The notes beneath the pieces are model-generated. The model saw nothing but the letters and a program-made list of their open reading frames with translations. It made no database searches and was not told the origin of the DNA. Positions 53,855 to 61,361 of a DNA stretch of 64,000 bases are shown piece after piece (within the stretch, counting starts at the first letter, position 1; every line of letters begins with the position of its first letter). The stretch comes from Patescibacteria group bacterium (GTDB lineage: Bacteria; Patescibacteriota; Patescibacteriia; UBA9934; GWF2-40-263). The stretch is from NCBI GenBank assembly GCA_004297215.1, contig SCUM01000001.1:417181-481180 (forward strand), given 5' to 3'. The position numbers were made by a program, and so were the translations under genes.

Positions 53855-53931
53855 TGGTGCGCCCGGCACGACTCGAACGTGCGACCCTCAGCTCCGCAAG
53901 CTGATGCTCTATCCAACTGAGCTACGGGCGC
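53855..53931 (-). tRNA. tRNA-Arg(GCG)
   Basis: GCGCCCG acceptor, anticodon arm TCAGC-TTGCGGA-GCTGA, TTCGA T-loop, encoded CCA; 77 nt. Confidence 0.93.
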
Positions 53932-53971
53932 TCGCAACCTGCGGTTGCAGCGTATTCTTCATCTCTTCGGT

Positions 53972-54481
53972 TCAAAGCTTATACACCCGCTGCAACACGT
54001 CGGTCAAGGTTTCCTCGGTGCGATCGAGATTCTCCTTGAGAAACGGCAGCAGCGCTTCCCGGACGAGGTTCGGGTCCGTGTCCTCGAGCGGGATGGTGAT
54101 GAGCGGGCGCAAGGACGACTGGAAATCGAGGTACAGGTTTTTCACCTCTGGCGGCTCGTACACGAGCGCGAAGCTCTTCATCACCTTGTACTCGTGGAAG
54201 GTGCCGCCGATGACCACGCCGTTGGTCGTCAGCACGACGCCGATGCGCGCCGGATCGCGGAACGTGGACAACAGGGTGATGATCCCCATCATGATCACGA
54301 TCACCGCGAACAGGAAATTCGCGGTCCAGATGGCGTAGATGATGAGCGCGATGCCAAGGACCGAAGCGATCGCGTACCAACGCGTTGATCTGTGCTGACG
54401 CGGATACTCGTCCACCTCCCAAGAGAGCAGGTACTCCCCGGCGTGGACGGCGTCCTGCGTGTCGTGATCGTGTTCCTCCAT
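53972..54481 (-). CDS. CPR-type small membrane protein (DUF5673-like)
   Basis: LSWEVDEY..RSTRWY, two TM helices, PH-like tail; SD-less. Confidence 0.75.
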   Translation of the reverse strand: MEEHDHDTQDAVHAGEYLLSWEVDEYPRQHRSTRWYAIASVLGIALIIYAIWTANFLFAVIVIMMGIITLLSTFRDPARIGVVLTTNGVVIGGTFHEYKVMKSFALVYEPPEVKNLYLDFQSSLRPLITIPLEDTDPNLVREALLPFLKENLDRTEETLTDVLQRVYKL

Positions 54482-54493
54482 ACGTCGTTTCGA

Positions 54494-54581
54494 TGGCGGA
54501 AAGGGTGGGATTCGAACCCACGAGACCTTGCGGCCTGCTAGTTTTCAAGACTAGTGCCTTAAACCACTCGGCCACCTTTCC
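54494..54581 (-). tRNA. tRNA-Ser(TGA)
   Basis: GGAAAGG acceptor, CTAGT-CTTGAAA-ACTAG, long variable arm, GCCA end. Confidence 0.95.
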
Positions 54582-54595
54582 ATTGTTACTCGTTG

Positions 54596-54862
<267 letters not shown>

Positions 54863-54920
54863 ACGTGTCATTTCCCAATACTGAAAGGTACTGGAATCCT
54901 AGCCGAAACCTCGAAAACAT

Positions 54921-55547
54921 TCAACCTCTCGCCACCGCGAACCCCCGCACCTCCCTGGCCCCGGCGGCCTTGAGCGCGTGAGCCGCCGCGCCCATCGTGG
55001 CCCCGCTCGTGAACACGTCGTCGCACAGGAGCACGCGAGCGGGCATGGCACCGGCCGCCTCGAAGATCCCGTCCAGGTCCCCGGCCTTGCGGTCCGCGCG
55101 GCCGACCAGGGACCGCGGCCTGGTGTGCACGGAGCGGGACAACAGCGGGACGCATGGCACGCAAAGCGCGCGGGCGGCTTCCTCGGCCACTTCCCTGGCC
55201 TGGTCGAACCCGCGGGAGCGCAGGCGTTTCTCGTGCAGCGGGACCCAGGCGACGGCGTCGACGGGGAGCTCGGACGCCGTCTCGAGCGCGGCACGGACCT
55301 GTTTCATCACCGCCTCGCGTCCCTGCCCGTCCCCGCCGAACTTCCACGCCCCGATGAGCCTCCGCAGCGTCGGATCGACATACGGCCCCGCGCACAGGAG
55401 CCCGTCGAGCGGCGCCTGCTGTGGCACGTCACCGGGGACAGGAGAAAACGTGACCGCCTCGTCACACGTCCGGCAAATCGTCGCCCCTTCCGCTTTGCAC
55501 CGAACGCAAAAACGCGGGAAAAGGGCGTCGATGAGCCAACGAATCAT
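54921..55547 (-). CDS. comF: ComF family protein (zinc finger plus PRTase)
   Basis: LFPRFCVRC..ICRTC, VPLH..RGFDQ, CDDVFTSGAT. Confidence 0.92.
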   Translation of the reverse strand: MIRWLIDALFPRFCVRCKAEGATICRTCDEAVTFSPVPGDVPQQAPLDGLLCAGPYVDPTLRRLIGAWKFGGDGQGREAVMKQVRAALETASELPVDAVAWVPLHEKRLRSRGFDQAREVAEEAARALCVPCVPLLSRSVHTRPRSLVGRADRKAGDLDGIFEAAGAMPARVLLCDDVFTSGATMGAAAHALKAAGAREVRGFAVARG

Positions 55548-55555
55548 ATCAGGGA

Positions 55556-55611
55556 GATCCTTCGTCGTTGATACGACTCAGGATGACGCTCCCTCTGCGG
55601 GAGCGTCATTT
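55556..55611. repeat. Inverted copy of the 5387-5448 composite repeat
   Basis: GATCCTTCGTCG..CTCAGGATGACGCTCCCTCTGCGGGAGCGTCATTT. Confidence 0.7.
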
Positions 55612-56172
55612 CCATGTCGCGGACGCGACCAACCACTTCCCTCCGACCTTCTCCATCGTCACTTCCAGGTCCTGGTATTTCACGCTCAAATCCTGCGGCG
55701 ACCCCTTTGCTTCCTGCCGCTGGGTGCTCACACTGAACCGCATCGTGGTCGCCTGCCCTGAGCTTGTCGAAGGGTCCATCAGGTCGGCCGTGAGCGCGAC
55801 CACGCGCGTGGTGACGCCGTAATATTCCGTCGGAGGCACCCCGGCGTCCGCCAGGGCCTCAAGCTGCGCGCCAAAGGCGGGGGTCGCGAGCGGGATCACG
55901 TCGCGGAGGTTGCCGAACGCGGCCTCGCTCGAGAAGCTCCCGTAGCGCTCGGCGAATACCTTGGCGACCGTCTCCGCGCCGGATTGCGTGACGCGCGCTT
56001 CCTGCGTGGGCGAGAGCGCCGCGGGAGCGGCGGCGGGAACCTCCGGGCTCGGGACGACCACGGGCTGGGCCGGGGGGACCGCCGGGGCGGATCGCAGCAA
56101 CCACCACAGGATGAGGAGGAGGATGGCGACCAGCAAGGCGATAAGGATGAGGAGCTTCCGACGACGGGACAT
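55606..56172 (-). CDS. Membrane-anchored protein, possibly VirB8/NTF2-like; carries in-frame repeat PSTSSGQA
   Basis: N-terminal TM, FAERYGSFS, C-terminal KVGGKWLV. Confidence 0.72.
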   Translation of the reverse strand: MSRRRKLLILIALLVAILLLILWWLLRSAPAVPPAQPVVVPSPEVPAAAPAALSPTQEARVTQSGAETVAKVFAERYGSFSSEAAFGNLRDVIPLATPAFGAQLEALADAGVPPTEYYGVTTRVVALTADLMDPSTSSGQATTMRFSVSTQRQEAKGSPQDLSVKYQDLEVTMEKVGGKWLVASATWK

Positions 56173-56206
56173 AGGGAAGGCGTTAAGGCCTCAGGCGGAC
56201 AAGGCC

Positions 56207-58315
56207 TCAGCTGATGAGGCTTGATTTGATCTTTTCCAATTCGGCCTTCGCCGTTTCCTCGCTTGAGAGCAGCTTGGCGGCCGCATCCGCTTGGGCCTTG
56301 TCGTTATCGAGCGCCTTCACTTCTTCGTCGATCGCCATGTCGATCTCCCTTTCGGTTTCCGGCTTCCCTGGGGCCTTCCCGCCTGAAGCCTTCTCCTCCT
56401 CCCCCCGCATCTGCGCCTCGAACTCCTTCTTGGCCCGCTCGATCTCGAGGAGCTGCGCCGGATTGGTGGTGACGATCTGGTCCTCGGTGTAGGAAGCGAC
56501 CACCTTGATGGCCGCGTGCTTCTGCCCGGCGAAGAAGATCCCCTCGCCCACGCCGGATTCGAGCAGCAGGTACTTCTCCCCGTCCGTGAGCAGGAAGGTC
56601 TTCTGCACGAGGTCGATGGCGGCCGGCGACTGCTTCAGGAGGAGCTGGAGCGAGGAGTTGTTGACGATCGCCTGGCCGTAGGGCGAACGCAGGAAGTCGT
56701 TCACGTCCTGGGTGATGGTGGTGACCCCGAGGAAGTACTTGCGGCAGCGCTTCACGAGCGCGAACACGAACTTCGCCGAGTCCTCGTACTGCATGAGCCA
56801 CCAGGCCTCGTCGATCACCAGGATGCGCTTCTTGCGCTCGGAACGCACCACGTTCCAGATGTAGTTCACGATGGAGTACACCGCCGTGGGGCGCAGCTCG
56901 TCCTCGAGGTCGCGCACGGAGAAGATCACCAGCTGGTTGCTCATCGTGACCGTGGTAAGCGAGTTGAGGAGCCCGCCGAAGGTGCCGGTGGTGTACTTCA
57001 TGAGGCGCGCCACGAGGTCGGCGGTCCCCTCCATGCCCTCGAGCACGTCCTGCAGGTCCTGCATGGTGGGCGGCTCGATGTTGGACAGGTCCATCAGGTC
57101 CGCGGTGATGTCCTTCTTGGCGTACGTCTCGATGAGCGCGCGGTCAAGCAGCGAATCCTCCTCCGGGGTGAACCCCACCTTGCCCGCCTCATTCCCGATC
57201 GGCTTGCCGATCATGATGCGCAGGAGGCCCTTGAGGGTGATCACGGCGCTCCGGATGATGTCTTCCACGCGCGTCCCCTCGCCCACGGCGCGCGGCAGGT
57301 CGAACGGGTTCACCTTGGCAGGCGAGGCGAGCGACACGCTGATGTAGGTGCCGCCCACCGCGTCGGAGAGATGCTTGTATTCCATCTCCGGGTCGATGAC
57401 GATCACGTCCACCCCCATCATGAGCGAGCGCAGGATCTCGAGCTTGATGGCGTAGCTCTTGCCCGCGCCGGAGGTGGCGAACACGACGGCGTTCGCGTTT
57501 TGCAGGCTGAAACGGTCGAACAGGATGAGGGAGTTGTTGTGGCGGTTGATGCCGTAGAGGATGCCGTTGTCGCTCGTGAGCTCGGAGCTGATGAACGGGA
57601 AGCTCGCCGCGATCGGCGAGGTGTTCATGTTGTAGGTGATCATCAGCTCGTCGTTCCCTAGCGGGATGGTGGAGTTGAACCCCTGCTCGGCCTGGTAGTA
57701 GCCGGCCTTGGAATAGATGAGCTTGCTTCCGAACATCGCCTCGATCTCGGAGCCGGTGCGGTCGAGCTCCTCTTCCTTGGTGGCGTAGATGGTGATGTAG
57801 AAGGCGAATTGGAAGAAATGCTCGGTCCCCTGGGTGAGCGCGTCGCGCAGCGCCTCCACGTCGCGCAGGGCGGTCTCGGCGAGCGGGTCGCGCGGCGCGC
57901 CCTTGTCGGCGTTCCCGATGATGGTGGCCTCGAGCACGCCCACCTTCTTCTGCAACTGCTTCAAGATGACGTTGGCCGGGATCGGATAGAAGTACATCGC
58001 CACGTCGAACGTGCGGTTCATGTTGATGATCGGCGAACTCCACCCAAGGCCGATGTGGCGCGGATAGGTGATGATGAACACCGTGCGCACGTAGAGCCCC
58101 GAGACGCGCAGGTAGGTGGGGGTGACCTCGAAGGAGGCCGGCGAGATGAGGTCGCGCACGGTGACCACGCCCTTGCGGTAGATGCGTTCCTCCTCGAGCG
58201 CGATGCGCTCCGTGGCGACGCGCGCCTGCTCGACGCTCGCCGCTTTCGGCGGCGGCGCGGCCTTCTTCGGCGGCGGCGCGGCGGCTTGTCCGAGTTGTCC
58301 GATGTCGATTGCCAT
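56207..58315 (-). CDS. virB4: VirB4-like ATPase of CPR T4SS-like cluster
   Basis: ATSGAGKS Walker A, VIDPE, IDEAW Walker B, RKY..TITQ. Confidence 0.88.
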   Translation of the reverse strand: MAIDIGQLGQAAAPPPKKAAPPPKAASVEQARVATERIALEEERIYRKGVVTVRDLISPASFEVTPTYLRVSGLYVRTVFIITYPRHIGLGWSSPIINMNRTFDVAMYFYPIPANVILKQLQKKVGVLEATIIGNADKGAPRDPLAETALRDVEALRDALTQGTEHFFQFAFYITIYATKEEELDRTGSEIEAMFGSKLIYSKAGYYQAEQGFNSTIPLGNDELMITYNMNTSPIAASFPFISSELTSDNGILYGINRHNNSLILFDRFSLQNANAVVFATSGAGKSYAIKLEILRSLMMGVDVIVIDPEMEYKHLSDAVGGTYISVSLASPAKVNPFDLPRAVGEGTRVEDIIRSAVITLKGLLRIMIGKPIGNEAGKVGFTPEEDSLLDRALIETYAKKDITADLMDLSNIEPPTMQDLQDVLEGMEGTADLVARLMKYTTGTFGGLLNSLTTVTMSNQLVIFSVRDLEDELRPTAVYSIVNYIWNVVRSERKKRILVIDEAWWLMQYEDSAKFVFALVKRCRKYFLGVTTITQDVNDFLRSPYGQAIVNNSSLQLLLKQSPAAIDLVQKTFLLTDGEKYLLLESGVGEGIFFAGQKHAAIKVVASYTEDQIVTTNPAQLLEIERAKKEFEAQMRGEEEKASGGKAPGKPETEREIDMAIDEEVKALDNDKAQADAAAKLLSSEETAKAELEKIKSSLIS

Positions 58316-58317
58316 AA

Positions 58318-59004
58318 TCAGGCCAAATCCTCTGTACGGATCTTCGCCAGGTCGTTCAGCTTTTCCGTGTCGAAGACGTCGGGGTTATAGGCGGTGTAAT
58401 ACAGCTCGATGAGCCCCTGGGTGTCGAGCCGGACGGCCGAGAGCCCCATGCTCGAGAGCGCGCCGCTCGTGACGTCCACGCGGCGGCCGAGCTGCTCCAG
58501 CCGGTCCTTGAGCTGCTTCTGGTTCAAGTTGGCGGCGGCGGCGGGCGAGAACGCCTCGCCCAGGCGCGTGAAGAAGTTCTTGCGCTTGTTGGACACCGGG
58601 TCGTAGGGCACCACCACGTAAAACCGCTTCTGCATGATCTCCCCGAGGGTCACGAGCTCGGTCACGAACGTGCGGTAATCGGCGATCTGCGCCCTGAGCA
58701 GGTCGTTTTCCGTCTTCTTCTGCTGGTCGTTGAGCGACTGGATGTACGCGTCGATGTTCATCTTGCGCGACTGGATCACGATCTGGACGGGATACTCGAG
58801 CGAATTGAGGAAGGTGATGTAGGACTGGATGATGGCCTCCTGCTCCTCCCCGCTCTTCAGCGCGAAATTGATGCTGCTTACGAGCAGCACGGCGCGCACG
58901 GTGCCGTCCTTGAGGAGCACCATGTCGTCGCGGATCTCCGCGACGTCCAGGTACCGCTGGGTCGCGGGGCCGGGCTTGGGTTTGGCGAGCGCCTTGGATT
59001 GCAT
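58318..59004 (-). CDS. Conserved T4SS-cluster protein (VirB4 N-terminal/TraC-like partner)
   Basis: VSSINFALKS.EEQEAII..FLNSL..QI.IQSR, KRFYVVVPY, LIELYY. Confidence 0.8.
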   Translation of the reverse strand: MQSKALAKPKPGPATQRYLDVAEIRDDMVLLKDGTVRAVLLVSSINFALKSGEEQEAIIQSYITFLNSLEYPVQIVIQSRKMNIDAYIQSLNDQQKKTENDLLRAQIADYRTFVTELVTLGEIMQKRFYVVVPYDPVSNKRKNFFTRLGEAFSPAAAANLNQKQLKDRLEQLGRRVDVTSGALSSMGLSAVRLDTQGLIELYYTAYNPDVFDTEKLNDLAKIRTEDLA

Positions 59005-59007
59005 AGC

Positions 59008-59077
59008 GCGTAGGTGGTAGTGCGTAGTGCGTAGTGCGTAGATTTTCCTACGCACTACGCACTACGTACTACGTACT
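59008..59077. repeat. Gene-less inverted 7-mer-array element (GCGTAGT / CTACGCA)
   Basis: About 5 units, ATTTTC spacer, about 4 mirror units. Confidence 0.88.
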
Positions 59078-59509
59078 CCCGTTTTCCGGCTTATACACCC
59101 CGCCGGTGTTCACCACGAGCGTGAGCTCCGCGAGCTTGGACGCCGATACCGGCGCCTTGCGCAGGGGCGGGGCCGGCGGCGGCGGCGCCACCGACCTGGT
59201 GAGCGCGCGCAGCTCGCCGTCGTTGAGCGTCTTGTCCCACACGCGCAGCTGGGGCTTGCGGAAGGTCTGGGTGATATTGAGGATGAAATAGTGGAACGGC
59301 TGGCCGTTGACCCGCGCGAAGGCGAGCACCACGCCCATGGCGAACAACGGGATCGCGGTCATCAGGAAGTAGACGAACGGCAGGGCCTTGTACAGGATCG
59401 CGTCCGTCATCAGCACCACGAGCATGATCACGAACTGCCGTCCGGTGACGGGCCCGAGGATCTTGTCTTCCGCATCGATGAATTGTGGGACGACGAATTG
59501 TTCCGGCAT
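59069..59509 (-). CDS. PrgI family protein
   Basis: QFVVPQFIDAEDKILGPVT.RQF, two TM helices, P..RVW. Confidence 0.88.
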   Translation of the reverse strand: MPEQFVVPQFIDAEDKILGPVTGRQFVIMLVVLMTDAILYKALPFVYFLMTAIPLFAMGVVLAFARVNGQPFHYFILNITQTFRKPQLRVWDKTLNDGELRALTRSVAPPPPAPPLRKAPVSASKLAELTLVVNTGGVYKPENGST

Positions 59510-59518
59510 GGAATTCGT

Positions 59519-59597
59519 TACGAACCTACGAACGGCTACGAACCAACGAACGTCACATCCCCTTTTCGTAGTTTCGTAGCCGTTCGTTGGTTCGTAG
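59519..59597. repeat. Gene-less inverted TACGAA-array element (8/10-bp period)
   Basis: TACGAACC TACGAACGGC TACGAACC AACGAAC ... TTCGTAG TTTCGTAG CCGTTCGTTG GTTCGTAG. Confidence 0.85.
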
Positions 59598-59606
59598 CAT
59601 ATCTTA

Positions 59607-61343
59607 TCAGAATCTAAGCTCCCCGTTGAGCTTGATGAGCGACGCGAGCTCGGAGGCGGTAAGCATGGCCGGATCCGCCTTGCGGCGCTCCTCGGCCACC
59701 TGGACCACCGATTTCCCGGAGCTGAGCGCCTCCTGGCTCAAGGCCACGTACAGCCGATGCACGGCCGATTCCCGCCAGCCCTTGATGGCCGCGATGCGCT
59801 GGTCGTACCCCTGGTCCTCTAAGAGCGCCACCTTGGCTTTCACCTTGCGCGCGGCCTCCTCGGGGTCCTTGGAAAGCCGGCGGAACTCGGCGAGCGTCAT
59901 CCCGCGCAGCTCGTCCACCGGGCCGGCGAGGCGGCGCGCGGCGCGCACGTCGTCCACCCTGGGGCGTCCGGCGCCGGGCGGAATCGTGGCCGCCGACACG
60001 CGTGCGGTCGCCGCCGCCTTCATGGCTCCTATCGGGGCGGCCGAAACGGCGTCCGTGGGGCGGCCCGTGAGCTCGGCATAGCGCTTGCTAAGCGCCGCCT
60101 CCTCAAAGGCGCGGCGCGCTTCGTCCTTGCTCCGTTTCTCCTCCTGGGTCCGGGATACGAACTCCTTCTGCGCGCTCGCGGCCGTCGCGTCCGTCGAACT
60201 CCGGCGCTGTGCGACCAGCTTCTCGAGCGTTTCCACGGTCGTCGCGAGCGCGGCGCCCTGGATCCCGACCCCGCCCTTGTCCACGGCCGCCTCAAGCGTC
60301 TCACGCGTCTCGAACGCGTCGCGCACGTCGCGCACGCGGGCGTCGACCGCGAGCTCGAACCGCTTCTTCATGTCGGCGTTCGCGAAGGAGAGGCCGGCGG
60401 CCTGCGCGACCTGGTCGGCAAACGAGCCGCGCGGGACCTCACCCATGCCCTCTCCTTCGTAAGGAGAGGGATAGCTCGGTTTGATTCCCTTCTTCTTCGT
60501 GAGCGCCGCAACTTCGGCTGCGTCTTCGTCCGTCGGGACATCGACGGCTCTGCCGGCGAGGGGCTGGCGAGCTACCCCTTCCTTACGAAGGAGGGGCATG
60601 GGGAGGTCCGTGCCTGCGCTCGTGCCCGCGGTCGGGACGGGACTCGTCTCGCTTCGTACCGTCCCTGCCCCCTCCTTTCCAAGGAGGGGGGCCTGCGGGC
60701 CCTCGGGTGAAACGGCGGGTGCCTGGACCGTCTTTGGCGTGTCTGCGAACGAGATCTTCACGAACGCCAACCGCTCCGCGACCCCCTTGAGGAGCTCGCG
60801 CGCGTCCGCCTCGGGCATGTCGAGCCCGCCCACCTTGCTCGCGCGCGACATCATGTTGGCCGCCTCGTTCTCGTCGCGCACGCCTTTGACGAACGAGGTG
60901 ACGAGGAGCACCAGGCGGTTCTGCAGCACGTCCGTCGGCATGCGTACCATGTGCTCGGCCAAGTACCCGGCCACGAACGATTCGGCGGTGACCTTTGGCA
61001 TGTCCACCGTCTTCCCTCCCTCCATCTTGGAAAGGTCCCCGCCCCAAGAGGCGATCGCGCCGGCCACGTCGCCCACGGCCCCGGCGATGGGAAGCAGCCG
61101 GTCGGCCGCGAGGTCCACGGCCGCCGCCTTCGACTTCGCCTCGGGCACGCCAAGCTTCACGAGCTCCGACGGGAGCGCGTCGAGCGCCACTTCCCCGAGC
61201 ACGACGCGATCAAGCAGCTTCAAGACGCCTGAAAGCTTTGGCAAGGCATGACGCTCCTCCCACTTCTTCAGGAACCGAACGGCGTCCGGATGGCTCAAGA
61301 AATCCAGGACGGGCTCTGGGATGTCCGCGTACGTTTTTGCCAT
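59607..61343 (-). CDS. Hypothetical protein of T4SS-like cluster with three in-frame hairpin repeats
   Basis: Long ORF with host-like codon usage; GPVDEL, WRES..LY, LNGELRF tail. Confidence 0.78.
   Translation of the reverse strand: MAKTYADIPEPVLDFLSHPDAVRFLKKWEERHALPKLSGVLKLLDRVVLGEVALDALPSELVKLGVPEAKSKAAAVDLAADRLLPIAGAVGDVAGAIASWGGDLSKMEGGKTVDMPKVTAESFVAGYLAEHMVRMPTDVLQNRLVLLVTSFVKGVRDENEAANMMSRASKVGGLDMPEADARELLKGVAERLAFVKISFADTPKTVQAPAVSPEGPQAPLLGKEGAGTVRSETSPVPTAGTSAGTDLPMPLLRKEGVARQPLAGRAVDVPTDEDAAEVAALTKKKGIKPSYPSPYEGEGMGEVPRGSFADQVAQAAGLSFANADMKKRFELAVDARVRDVRDAFETRETLEAAVDKGGVGIQGAALATTVETLEKLVAQRRSSTDATAASAQKEFVSRTQEEKRSKDEARRAFEEAALSKRYAELTGRPTDAVSAAPIGAMKAAATARVSAATIPPGAGRPRVDDVRAARRLAGPVDELRGMTLAEFRRLSKDPEEAARKVKAKVALLEDQGYDQRIAAIKGWRESAVHRLYVALSQEALSSGKSVVQVAEERRKADPAMLTASELASLIKLNGELRF
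60434..60695. repeat. Three in-frame DUF559-flank-like hairpin repeats
   Basis: CATGCCCTCTCCTTCGTAAGGAGAGGGATAGC; GCTACCCCTTCCTTACGAAGGAGGGGCATG; GCCCCCTCCTTTCCAAGGAGGGGGC. Confidence 0.8.
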
Positions 61344-61361
61344 AGGCTCCCGATGGCTCGA

